From: Thermoproteota archaeon
GTDB lineage: Archaea > Thermoproteota > Thermoprotei > Thermofilales > B9-G17
Direction of reading: 5' to 3'
DNA length: 64,000 bases
NCBI GenBank assembly: GCA_029258885.1
Contig: JAPDJW010000001.1
Span: 32,001-96,000 of the forward strand
A program made the translations under genes and the position numbers. The notes under the pieces were generated by a model. The model searched no databases, was not told the DNA's origin, and saw only the letters and a program-made list of their open reading frames with translations. Positions 53,442 to 62,971 of this stretch are shown here, piece after piece; position 1 is the first letter of the stretch, and every line of letters begins with the position of its first letter.

Positions 53442-54669
53442 CTGCTTTAAGAGATATTACCGAAAAAACCCTGACATAGTAGTCCCTAACAATATTAAGC
53501 AGAGAGAATTCGGTTTTATCTTATTCATAAACGATGAAATGATAAGGCATACGGCTTTTCCAAGTAGAGAAGAGCTAGTAAAGTATTTGAAAGAAAAAGT
53601 TCCGAGGCATGCATACTACTCTACTGCATACTACGTGGATCCGTCAGCTCCGGATATGGCCTCTAAGGGCTGGTTAGGGGCAGATCTAGTATTTGACATA
53701 GATGTGGATCACATACCGACCGATTGCAAGGCTGATCATGATTTTTATCTGTGTCAGGACTGTGGAGGTATATCTATATCGGGCGAACAGTGCAGTGTAT
53801 GCGGGTCCAGTCGCATTAAAAAGGTGACGTGGGTATGTGAAAGATGCTTAGACGTTGCAAGGGAGCATGCACTAAGACTTATAGATATCCTAATTTCAGA
53901 TTTTGGTTTTAGCTCCAATGAAATTGAGATAGTTTTCTCGGGACATAGAGGTTATCATATACATGTGCAAAATAAGGATATTCTAGAGCTGGGGCAAGAC
54001 GGCAGGAGGGAGATACTTGATTATGTTAGAGGCGAAGGAATAGATTTTCGTTTTCTGCCTGGTTTTAACATACCGAGAAAGGGCAGTAAGTCTATTAGCG
54101 CCAGTATAGATTCGAGAGGTTGGCCCGGAAGAATAATGAGATCCCTATATAATATCATTCTTAATTTAAACGAAAATAACTTTCATGAAATATTATCTAG
54201 GGAGATAGAAAGAGATGACTTAGAGTATATACTAGAAAATAGATCATTCTTCTTGGAAGAATTGGAGAACCCAGATAAAGGATACGTAAACCTGCTTAAA
54301 CTGAGGAGGAAAACACTTTTAGCACTGCTAGAGTCGGCCGTAGATTTTTCTAAAGTTATAGTCGACGAAAAGGTCACAATAGACACTAAAAGACTGATAA
54401 GACTGCCTGGTTCTCTCCATGGAAAAACTGGTATGGCTGTTAGAAAAATTTTGTTCTCTGACTTAGAAAATAAGAGTCCTGTTGACTATGCCATAGTATT
54501 TGCGGAAAATGAATACTTCAAGATAAAGGCTAAGTTCTTTCCAAGGCATATCCTCGACTTTAAGATAGAAGATAAAAAAGGCAATGGCTATATTGTCGTA
54601 CCGAAATACATAGCTATATATCTTATAGGAAATGCTAGTGAAATAGTGGAGGCAATTGAAGTTATATAG
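53416..54669 (+). CDS. priS: DNA primase small subunit
   Basis: REFGF, LVFDIDVD, FSGHRGYH, DEKVTIDTKRLIRLPGSLHGKTG. Confidence 0.95.
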   Translation: MDPKKLMFNCFKRYYRKNPDIVVPNNIKQREFGFILFINDEMIRHTAFPSREELVKYLKEKVPRHAYYSTAYYVDPSAPDMASKGWLGADLVFDIDVDHIPTDCKADHDFYLCQDCGGISISGEQCSVCGSSRIKKVTWVCERCLDVAREHALRLIDILISDFGFSSNEIEIVFSGHRGYHIHVQNKDILELGQDGRREILDYVRGEGIDFRFLPGFNIPRKGSKSISASIDSRGWPGRIMRSLYNIILNLNENNFHEILSREIERDDLEYILENRSFFLEELENPDKGYVNLLKLRRKTLLALLESAVDFSKVIVDEKVTIDTKRLIRLPGSLHGKTGMAVRKILFSDLENKSPVDYAIVFAENEYFKIKAKFFPRHILDFKIEDKKGNGYIVVPKYIAIYLIGNASEIVEAIEVI

Positions 54670-54684
54670 AGGTGTTAAGACGAT

Positions 54685-55206
54685 ATGATTAACGATAAGG
54701 TTACTGAGATATTAAAGGAATTAACGAGGACCTTATTAAGGGAGTATGAGGAAAAAAAGTTGATTCAATTAGATAGGTATTTCTATCAACGCCTAATGAA
54801 GTGTATTTCAAAGCTAAGGTCTTCTCCTACCGATGAAATTAAATTACGTGAGCATTTAATTGATTTTCTTACAAAAAGATTTCGTGAACTTATTACAGTT
54901 AGAATGTGTAAGGCTATGTATTCTTATGCGTTAGATGGGAGCATAGAGCGCAATTTTTTACTTCCAGAGGAAAAACAAATATTAGATATAATATTAGGTA
55001 AAATAGAGAAGCTGGTACAGGGACAACGCATAGAAATCCATGGTTTAAAACGCGAGTATAGGATCGTCAGATTCCTAAAACCGTATCCAAGGTTCGTAGC
55101 AAGCGATAGCCTTAGTTATGGCCCCTTCGCAGCGGAAGACATAGCCTTCATTCCCTCATCTGACGCTAAAGACCTAAAGGAAAGAGAAATAGTAGAAATA
55201 ATCTAA
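54685..55206 (+). CDS. GINS subunit, Gins15 type
   Basis: Helical A domain followed by C-terminal B domain (RFLKPYPRFV...YGPF...DI); directly after priS. Confidence 0.85.
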   Translation: MINDKVTEILKELTRTLLREYEEKKLIQLDRYFYQRLMKCISKLRSSPTDEIKLREHLIDFLTKRFRELITVRMCKAMYSYALDGSIERNFLLPEEKQILDIILGKIEKLVQGQRIEIHGLKREYRIVRFLKPYPRFVASDSLSYGPFAAEDIAFIPSSDAKDLKEREIVEII

Positions 55207-55302
55207 CTACTTTATCAGTAAGAGATGTGTTATAGTGAATTTTACCCGAGCCTAGAGAAAACTTTATCCAATAGTAATTCGATATAGGGATAAACCGAAA
55301 CG

Positions 55303-55635
55303 GTGACAGTCATGGTTAAGTTTTGCCCTAAATGCGGCGGAATAATGTTAAATAAGGGCGGTTCAACAGTTAAATGTATAAGCTGTGGTTACGAGGAAGT
55401 CGTAGGAGAATCCGGTAGCAATGTAAGGATAGTTAGACGTAATAAGAAGAAGGAAATCGTAGTCATTGAGGAAGAACCGCAGGTCAGGTTACTACCTAAA
55501 ACTAACATAACATGTCCTCGCTGCGGCTTTAATGAGGCATACTATTGGGAAATTCAGACGAGAAGCGCTGATGAGCCTGCAACGAGGTTCTTTAAATGTG
55601 TAAAATGCGGTTATTCATGGAGAGAGTATGATTAG
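55303..55635 (+). CDS. tfs: Transcript cleavage factor TFS (start probably ATG 55312)
   Basis: FCPKCG...C, CPRCG, QTRSADEPATRFFKCVKC. Confidence 0.95.
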   Translation: MTVMVKFCPKCGGIMLNKGGSTVKCISCGYEEVVGESGSNVRIVRRNKKKEIVVIEEEPQVRLLPKTNITCPRCGFNEAYYWEIQTRSADEPATRFFKCVKCGYSWREYD

Positions 55636-55714
55636 GAGAAGGAATCGCATGTTAGCATTGCCGAAGTCCTAGCGAAAGCTTAATAAGACGTAGTTCTATA
55701 AGTGATGTACTGTT

Positions 55715-57919
55715 GTGTCATACTTACGAGAAATAGAAGTGATTACTATGAAGATGCTTAAGAAAGGCATTAATTTCATGGGAAAAAGCGTCAAAAAATT
55801 CTCCCTAAGGCTTTCGGATCCTAGCATTATCCTGTTTTCAACATTAATTCTCATATTCTCATTGGCAGTAATTATTAGATCCATACCACTTAAATGGGGG
55901 CTATTTTTAACGGAATTTGACCCCTACTACGAATACTACCTAGCCAAAAAAACGCTGGAAAAGGGGGTTCTATGGTGGTTCCAGTATTCTCCCTCTCAGA
56001 GGGAGTTTGATACTCTCTTCTGGTATCCTTATGGCAGAGATTTAAGGCGTACTAGTCAGCCTGGAGTGCCAATACTTGTAACACTAATTTACATTTTCCT
56101 TAAAACTATAGGTCTGACCGTTACACTCTTGGCAATCCATGCCTTTCTCCCAGTCGTAATGTCTGGACTAAGCGTGCTATGCATTTATCTGTTATGTAGG
56201 AAGGCTTTTAATAGCTATACCGGTCTCCTAGCAGCACTAATTTTATCCATTAATACAGCGTTGCTCGGTTCAACTACTTTAGGTAATGTTCACGACGGCA
56301 TGATAATTCCGCTAATGCTATTAACATTCTATTTCATGCTTAAAGGGTTTGAAGGCAAACCAATTATATGGTCCGTATTAGCAGGATTAAGCTTAGGATT
56401 AATAGTACTAATATGGGGGGGCTTTCTTTACGTATGGAATTTGGTAGCATTATACTTTCTGGTATTGTATCTCACTAATAACCTTGACAGAAATATGGCG
56501 GAAACATACATTATTATCGATTTAATCGCGAAGTTTTTCATTATAATTACTCCGAGACATGGCATCAGGGTTGCGTTAACTTCACTATATGCACTATTGC
56601 CACTAGTGACTTTAGTTGCTTGTACCTATTATCTGTTGCTTGAAAAACTGGGAGAGGAGAAGTTTAAAGGAGCAACATTTAGGCTGCTCATAGTTGTTGC
56701 CGCAGGTTTACTAGTAATAGCGGGATACTATACTGGTTTCTTCGCCAAAATAGCTGGAAGAATAATGGCCATTATAATACCTTCCGAGAGAAACCCGATT
56801 ATAGAGTCGGTTGGCGAGCACAGAATTCCTACATGGAGCATGATTTTTCTAGATTACAACGTATTACTGATTTTCTCTCTCTTTGGCCTTTACATAATTC
56901 TCAGAAAAAGAAAGGTTAAGGATATCCTGATCTTACTTCTATATCTCTCATCTCTTTATGCAACAAGCTCAATGTCAAGACTATCAATTCTTTTCAGTCC
57001 AGCCTGCGCAATATTAGCAAGCGTAGGCTTCTTTTCCCTTGCGGATAAACTATATTCAATGTATAAGGGCGAGGTAATACTACCTCGCAAAAGGCTTCAG
57101 GAATTTAGAAGAGAGCACGTAGTTTTAACATTCATCGTAGTAACATTAATATTAGTTACATCATTCGTTACGACCAACGCATTAGATTATTGTCATCAGC
57201 CAGCGCTAATACTTACATCCAGTCTTCCAATGAGAGATACAAGCTATGAGTCGATTGACTGGATTTCAGCTCTCGAATGGATGAGGGAAAATCTTCCTGA
57301 GGATGCCGTAATTGCGTGCTGGTGGGATTATGGCTACTGGATTTCTGTAAACACTAATAGAAGTACTCTTGCAGATAACGGTACGTTAAACACCACGCAG
57401 ATAGCTGAAATAGCCAGAGCTTTTCTATCCAATGAGACAGAAGCATTAAAGATATTCCACAGTTTAGGTGCCACGCATGTTGTTGTTTTTGAGCCATTCA
57501 GATCACTCCAGGGATATGATGTCTATGGCATGCCCGTGTACTTCCCTGATCCATACGGTCATGGAGACTTTGGAAAGAGCTATTGGATGGCTAAAATAGG
57601 AGGCTTAGATCCCGATAAATATCAATATGTAACGACAGGACAATTAAGAGGTCTCTTAATACCAGCTAACAATAAGGAGGCTCTTTCAGCTACTCTATAC
57701 AAGTTACTTTTCGTTAAGACTGATAGAAGGAGATTATACATATTTGAGCCTTTAGTCTGGAATTACTTTCCATCGACGTGGTGGAGCGGAAACCCGATAT
57801 ATAGCATAGAATCGCCGAAGTACTTTGAACTAATATATGCTTCCTATCCAAATAACTGGGTACTAGTATTCAGAATAAACTATGAAAAAGCTAATATGAC
57901 GAGCCCGACTAGAAAGTAA
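55715..57919 (+). CDS. aglB: Oligosaccharyltransferase AglB (STT3); start uncertain
   Basis: EFDPYY, WYPYGRD, SVGEH, WWDYG, DNGTLN, many TM helices. Confidence 0.95.
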   Translation: MSYLREIEVITMKMLKKGINFMGKSVKKFSLRLSDPSIILFSTLILIFSLAVIIRSIPLKWGLFLTEFDPYYEYYLAKKTLEKGVLWWFQYSPSQREFDTLFWYPYGRDLRRTSQPGVPILVTLIYIFLKTIGLTVTLLAIHAFLPVVMSGLSVLCIYLLCRKAFNSYTGLLAALILSINTALLGSTTLGNVHDGMIIPLMLLTFYFMLKGFEGKPIIWSVLAGLSLGLIVLIWGGFLYVWNLVALYFLVLYLTNNLDRNMAETYIIIDLIAKFFIIITPRHGIRVALTSLYALLPLVTLVACTYYLLLEKLGEEKFKGATFRLLIVVAAGLLVIAGYYTGFFAKIAGRIMAIIIPSERNPIIESVGEHRIPTWSMIFLDYNVLLIFSLFGLYIILRKRKVKDILILLLYLSSLYATSSMSRLSILFSPACAILASVGFFSLADKLYSMYKGEVILPRKRLQEFRREHVVLTFIVVTLILVTSFVTTNALDYCHQPALILTSSLPMRDTSYESIDWISALEWMRENLPEDAVIACWWDYGYWISVNTNRSTLADNGTLNTTQIAEIARAFLSNETEALKIFHSLGATHVVVFEPFRSLQGYDVYGMPVYFPDPYGHGDFGKSYWMAKIGGLDPDKYQYVTTGQLRGLLIPANNKEALSATLYKLLFVKTDRRRLYIFEPLVWNYFPSTWWSGNPIYSIESPKYFELIYASYPNNWVLVFRINYEKANMTSPTRK

Positions 57920-57924
57920 GGTTA

Positions 57925-58095
57925 TTAGCAGTCAATTAGATTTTTAATTAGTTTTCTTCTATACTTTCCCCATCTATCCTCGGGAGAAAACCTAGCTGGA
58001 TGGGGGGATCTAACCGGCCCACCACATTTTGGACATTTATCTATACTTAAAGTATAGCGTCCGCATACCGTACATTTTCTTATTTTTCCTCTCAT
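57925..58095 (-). CDS. nop10: Nop10 H/ACA RNP protein (56 aa, absent from the ORF track)
   Basis: Hand translation MRGKIRKCTVCGRYTLSIDKCPKCGGPVRSPHPARFSPEDRWGKYRRKLIKNLIDC; follows eif2a. Confidence 0.95.
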   Translation of the reverse strand: MRGKIRKCTVCGRYTLSIDKCPKCGGPVRSPHPARFSPEDRWGKYRRKLIKNLIDC

Positions 58096-58104
58096 TCTCT
58101 GCCC

Positions 58105-58914
58105 TTAAGTCTTTATTCGCTTAAAACTAAAGGAACAACCATATTGTTTTGCTCTTTCTTCCATAATTTTCAGCATGGCTGATAGGACCTTTTCCACAAT
58201 CTTGTAATCAGGTCCTTCGAGGTCTATTTTATATCTGGGGGCTCCTTCTGTGTATATACGTGTTTTTACTTCCTTGAATTGTTTAGCCACTTTCTCACCG
58301 TCAAGTAGGACATTTTTTATGGCTATGATGCCATCCGATTTTAAGCTTCGCAAAATTATGATTCCGCTTACCTTAGCTGTTGGCAGTTCAATATATGCCT
58401 GGGCAACTTCAACAGCTACCTTAGCCAGGTCTTCAGGTATGTTTAAGCCCTGAAATGCCTTTTCGCCATATCTAGCGGCGTTTTCAAAACCAGCGTAAAT
58501 CTCCCCATAATAATCCTCAAGCTTCCATGCAAGATTTCTACAAACATAATCCAGACTCTTACCTGTTTTCTTAGCTATCAATTCAATGAGTTTCACAGCC
58601 CTCTGATACCTCTTCCATTCTTTTATCTTAGCTTTTCTCTCGGATTTATCTACACGTTTTAATGATACATCAACATGACCTTTTCTGGAGTCCACACGTA
58701 TAACTTTGAAAACTCTCTTCTGCCCTTCCTTTAAAACTTCTCTTATACCCTTAAACCATGATCTCGATACCTCATTTAAAGGACAGTATGCCTCCATTCC
58801 ATCGTATTCATCTAAAGTAACAAACGCTCCATGCTCAAATATTTCGGATACTGTTCCTATAACAAGCTCATTTACTCTAGGATACTTTCTTCTCCTTATC
58901 AATTTATGATCCAC
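58105..58914 (-). CDS. eif2a: Translation initiation factor 2 alpha subunit
   Basis: YPRVNELVIGTV S1 domain, KGHVDVSLKRV, GAPRYKI. Confidence 0.96.
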   Translation of the reverse strand: MDHKLIRRRKYPRVNELVIGTVSEIFEHGAFVTLDEYDGMEAYCPLNEVSRSWFKGIREVLKEGQKRVFKVIRVDSRKGHVDVSLKRVDKSERKAKIKEWKRYQRAVKLIELIAKKTGKSLDYVCRNLAWKLEDYYGEIYAGFENAARYGEKAFQGLNIPEDLAKVAVEVAQAYIELPTAKVSGIIILRSLKSDGIIAIKNVLLDGEKVAKQFKEVKTRIYTEGAPRYKIDLEGPDYKIVEKVLSAMLKIMEERAKQYGCSFSFKRIKT

Positions 58915-58915
58915 C

Positions 58916-59113
58916 CTACTCGAGATATTTTATAATTTTAGCCTTAATTTCAGTTTTTCCGCCCTTCGGTAATGCAAGAATCGAGTTACATACTAAACAT
59001 CTTACGACTGAGGCAGCGTGATCAAAAATTATCTGCTCGTTTTCACACTCAGGGCATCTAACAAGTACAAACTTACTCTTAGGCTCCGGGATAAGTATCT
59101 TTTTTTTCTTCAT
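58916..59113 (-). CDS. rps27e: 30S ribosomal protein S27e
   Basis: [20 protein letters not shown]...CLVC...PKGGK. Confidence 0.96.
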   Translation of the reverse strand: MKKKKILIPEPKSKFVLVRCPECENEQIIFDHAASVVRCLVCNSILALPKGGKTEIKAKIIKYLE

Positions 59114-59114
59114 A

Positions 59115-59411
59115 TTATTTTACCACCTCGACTATTTCAAGCTTTTTTAACCTTATGCCTTCCTTCATCAATATATATCCACATTCCTTACACTTAAGCT
59201 TAAGAGTCTGCTTCTTAGTAACCTTCGCTGTCCTCTTCTGCTCCGGTTTCCTCTTAGAACCATATCCTTTCTTTTTTGCAGCATATCGTCTTTCGCCCTG
59301 TGCTAGTTTTCTTCTCTTGCCAGGCTTATAGAGCGAAGCTATATGTATTGTATGTCTTCTACAACGAGGACAATATGTTCTAATCTCCTTGGGGAACTTC
59401 ATGCCTATCAC
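59115..59411 (-). CDS. rpl44e: 50S ribosomal protein L44e (start probably MKFPK)
   Basis: [24 protein letters not shown]...LKCKECG. Confidence 0.96.
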   Translation of the reverse strand: MIGMKFPKEIRTYCPRCRRHTIHIASLYKPGKRRKLAQGERRYAAKKKGYGSKRKPEQKRTAKVTKKQTLKLKCKECGYILMKEGIRLKKLEIVEVVK

Positions 59412-59592
59412 TTGTTTATAATATTTTCCACCTTGAATCTACTTATGCTCTTGTATTTATTTTTGATGCTCGAGCAGATGAATTCTAGCACGTATTCTTT
59501 ATCGGCATTAATAAATTTTATTTACTTCTTTACTTCTTTATTATGATACCCTCTATGTTGCTTTGATAATCGAGTAAGTTAGTGGTGATGTT

Positions 59593-59862
59593 ATGTCAAA
59601 GAGAATTGAGAAAAGGTTAAGGATTAGACGGAAGCCAGATGTTAAAGAAGGCTGGGCTAAAATAAATACAAAAACCAGAGACTTACTTAACTTAAGCGGT
59701 GAATTGGAGGTAGTTGTAGGAGGAAAGAAGAGGTTTAGATTTAAAATACTAGCATTAGATGACATTCCTCCAAACGAGGTATGGTGTAACGAGGAAGAGC
59801 TACGGAGATACGGTATAGCGGATAATACTATAGCTACTTGTAGAGCACCTTTATACGGGTAA
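59593..59862 (+). CDS. Small hypothetical protein, possibly a stand-alone double-psi beta-barrel
   Basis: GGTGA RBS; pattern resembles the CDC48/VAT N-terminal subdomain. Confidence 0.6.
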   Translation: MSKRIEKRLRIRRKPDVKEGWAKINTKTRDLLNLSGELEVVVGGKKRFRFKILALDDIPPNEVWCNEEELRRYGIADNTIATCRAPLYG

Positions 59863-59864
59863 TG

Positions 59865-60380
59865 TTACTCGGCTACTATCTTTATGTAATGTTTTGTCAG
59901 ATGCTTTATAGCCTTTTCAATCAAGGATATCGACTTCGATAACCTATTATAATCTCTCCTCGATACACGGACCATGTATTCGGATGTTCCGTCCGGAAAC
60001 CATATAATGCTTAATCCTAAAATTCTAGCTGGATATATCAGCTGTGAAATTATATTTTTAATATCGGAACTTTTCCTAACAATTTTTACGTTTCTTTCAA
60101 GTTTTCTCTCTAAGTACCTAACAATTTTTCTCCACAATTTCTCTGACATTTCTTTGGAATCCGTTATTAACATAAATATTGTGTTGTCAACCTGATACGA
60201 CTTGTGAAACACAACGTCTTTTAGCTGTGGATATTTATTTTCAAGCAATACTAGATGATGCGATATTTCTATATCTATATCGTTTATCTTGCCCTCATCA
60301 TATAATTTTTGACATTTAGCGCAGAGTATCCTTGTTTTTGCATCGAATATACATATTGGAGTTTTTACCGTCTTAACCAC
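59865..60380 (-). CDS. NusA-like KH-domain protein with N-terminal Cys motif
   Basis: PICIFDAKTRILCAKCQ, LIYPARILG, WFPDG. Confidence 0.8.
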   Translation of the reverse strand: MVKTVKTPICIFDAKTRILCAKCQKLYDEGKINDIDIEISHHLVLLENKYPQLKDVVFHKSYQVDNTIFMLITDSKEMSEKLWRKIVRYLERKLERNVKIVRKSSDIKNIISQLIYPARILGLSIIWFPDGTSEYMVRVSRRDYNRLSKSISLIEKAIKHLTKHYIKIVAE

Positions 60381-60660
60381 CCTTTGAAAGTTTTATGGTA
60401 ATCGTACTTATTCTTCTAGGTGCACCGTGAGCATCCGGTAATATCTCACTACCAAGCTCTATCTTATCAATTTTTACATCTCTCATATAGTATCGGCGTA
60501 GTCGCTCGACTACATCAACAGCCTTTGATATATTCTTACCCCTAGCCATGATAATTATTTCATTTTTCCCTTCATGAAATATCGTTAAGCACGCCAGTAT
60601 ATATCTGTCTATAGTCTTACTTCCTATCAGAACAGTTCCTTCGATAACCATCTTCACCAC
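60373..60660 (-). CDS. Alba-family DNA/RNA-binding protein
   Basis: VLIGSK, IMARGKNISKAVDVVE, RRISTITI. Confidence 0.92.
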   Translation of the reverse strand: MVKMVIEGTVLIGSKTIDRYILACLTIFHEGKNEIIIMARGKNISKAVDVVERLRRYYMRDVKIDKIELGSEILPDAHGAPRRISTITIKLSKGG

Positions 60661-60754
60661 TTTACAATAACCTTTCCCTATGCTCTTATACTGTTTATGG
60701 ATATTTCCTTAAGAATTTTTCCTCAAAGAGGAAAGTCAGTATGTTTTGTTTCAA

Positions 60755-62197
60755 TTAGGGCAAATTCTTGTACATATAAAAGGAGCATGGATATTTTCTA
60801 TATCCTAACCGCCTATAGTAGTCGCGTACTCCTATTCCTGAGATTACGAAAATACGTTTCTTATCGAATTCTTCGTAGGATATTCTTTCAGCTTCATGTA
60901 GGAGTTGTCTACCATACCCTCTGTGCTGCCATCCTCCAGTATTTCTCTCCCCTACTGGTATGGATGGACCATAAACGTGGAGTTCTCTTACGATAGATGA
61001 TTTTTCATCGATCTCTTTTCTAATACTATCTGTGGAGGGTATCCTTAACCTTAGGAATCCTATAAGTATTTCATTTCTAGTATCTTCAAACGATAGAAAT
61101 ATCTCTATTCCGTCGCTGGCCGTATATTCTATTCTGGTCATTTTAATATTGTCTGGATCTGGAACCTTTCCTTCTCGAAGCATTTTATGCCCTACTTCTC
61201 TACACCTTATACATTTACATTTCATTCCTTTTCTTAGCATGTATTGCCTTACAACCTGCCTTAAGTTCCCTATTTTACAACCTGCGGCTACATATTCAAT
61301 TGGTATATCTCGCTGTATCCGCATTATTCTGACGTATTTAGGAACCAGTGCTTTCATTTTGGCTATAAGATCCACAAGCGTGACATCATCATATGCCTTA
61401 TACTCGCCCTTCCTCCACATTTCATATAGCCTCGTTCCGGGAATAACAAGTGTCGGATAGATTTTGAGCATATCCGGTCTGAAGTTAGGGTCATCAAATA
61501 ATTTTTTCATCATATCCAGGTCTCTCTTAAAGTCTGATCCTGGAAGACCAGGCATAATATGGTAACATACCTTAAATCCCGAGTCCTTCAAGTGCTTTGT
61601 CGCTATAATTGTATCTCTAACGGTATGTCCCCTTCTCACAAGCCTTAGTACATCGTCGTAAATTGATTGCACTCCCAACTCCACTCGGGTAACTCCGTAC
61701 CTAAGGAATCTTTCTATATGGTGGGGTTTAGCCCAATCCGGACGTGTTTCAATAGTCATGCCAACGCATCTAACATTTGCCTTCTCGTTTCTCCTGATTG
61801 CATCATCCAGATATACCCATTTCCTCTTTTTAGCTCTCGGAAATCGGTTCATAGCCTCAAGAGCCTGCGTTATAAACCACTCCTGGTAATCCAGAGGGAA
61901 CGAGGGAAATGTACCCCCCATAACTATGAGTTCCACTTTAGATGGAGTATGTCCCATTTTTACATACTGAAGCAATCTTTGCCGTACCTGCTCGTACGGA
62001 TCGTAATTTAATGCTTTAGCCCTTAGTACTACAGGGGATTTCTCCACATAGCTTTGCGGCGTTCTCCAGTCAGTGCCTCCGGGACAATAAATGCATTTAC
62101 CATGAGGACATGGAAAAGGTTTTGTCATAGCTGCAACTATAACTACTCCGGAAATAGACCTGACGGGCTTCTTAACCTTTTTAATCGTTTTCAACAT
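60755..62197 (-). CDS. elp3: Elp3 tRNA U34 carboxymethyltransferase (radical SAM + GNAT)
   Basis: CPHGKCIYCPGG, IETRPD, ELGVQS, VRELHVYG, QHRGYG. Confidence 0.95.
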   Translation of the reverse strand: MLKTIKKVKKPVRSISGVVIVAAMTKPFPCPHGKCIYCPGGTDWRTPQSYVEKSPVVLRAKALNYDPYEQVRQRLLQYVKMGHTPSKVELIVMGGTFPSFPLDYQEWFITQALEAMNRFPRAKKRKWVYLDDAIRRNEKANVRCVGMTIETRPDWAKPHHIERFLRYGVTRVELGVQSIYDDVLRLVRRGHTVRDTIIATKHLKDSGFKVCYHIMPGLPGSDFKRDLDMMKKLFDDPNFRPDMLKIYPTLVIPGTRLYEMWRKGEYKAYDDVTLVDLIAKMKALVPKYVRIMRIQRDIPIEYVAAGCKIGNLRQVVRQYMLRKGMKCKCIRCREVGHKMLREGKVPDPDNIKMTRIEYTASDGIEIFLSFEDTRNEILIGFLRLRIPSTDSIRKEIDEKSSIVRELHVYGPSIPVGERNTGGWQHRGYGRQLLHEAERISYEEFDKKRIFVISGIGVRDYYRRLGYRKYPCSFYMYKNLP

Positions 62198-62913
62198 TTA
62201 TTTACCACCGCAACACATACATAATTTTGCGGGAAATATTTTGATCTTAATTTCATAGTATATATACGCTCTATAGTTAAACCATTGATGCTGGAAACTA
62301 AGCGTCTTAATTCGCCTTTAGAAAAGAGATGGTAATATCTTTTTAACGTCCTGCCCATATGGCGCCATTTTACATAAGCATCACCTATTTCTAAAGCCCT
62401 TCCCGTCAGGTATGTTGAGATAACTCTAACTATGTGCCTCGGCTGATATCTCGACCAAACAGTTATTACTACTATTCCCCCCTTTACACCTACTCTTACA
62501 ACATCTTCCAATACTTTTCTTCGAAACATGTTATATGGTATATGATGTAAGACAGCTATTAAGAGAATACCTTTCGCGATATTATCCCTTAGAGGTAGCG
62601 ATAGAATATCTGCAACTATAACATCTAAGTTGGCATCAAGCTTACGTCGTTTCGCCTTTCTTAAAGTCACTTTACACATATTATATGCTACATCTACAGC
62701 TAAGACTCTATGAGATCTAGCCAATACTAAGCTATATCTCCCAGTACCAGCACCAAGATCAATTATATAGCGATCAGGCTCTATCCTAACAATATAATCC
62801 ATCAGTTCACTCCAAATTTTACCTCGAGTTCTATCATAGCTAAAGTAGATTCTCTCAAATACATCCTTGATATTTTTTCTAACTATTTCGTAGTATTCTT
62901 TGGCTGAGTACAT
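62191..62913 (-). CDS. Class I SAM methyltransferase, Trm9/ALKBH8-like
   Basis: DLGAGTGRY, IAVLHH, ITVWS, RYYHLF; start overlaps the elp3 stop. Confidence 0.8.
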   Translation of the reverse strand: MYSAKEYYEIVRKNIKDVFERIYFSYDRTRGKIWSELMDYIVRIEPDRYIIDLGAGTGRYSLVLARSHRVLAVDVAYNMCKVTLRKAKRRKLDANLDVIVADILSLPLRDNIAKGILLIAVLHHIPYNMFRRKVLEDVVRVGVKGGIVVITVWSRYQPRHIVRVISTYLTGRALEIGDAYVKWRHMGRTLKRYYHLFSKGELRRLVSSINGLTIERIYTMKLRSKYFPQNYVCVAVVNKC

Positions 62914-62971
62914 ATCTCTCTATTTTCTATACTCTCTGTACCAATTTCCGAGTCAACTATTAAAAATATTT

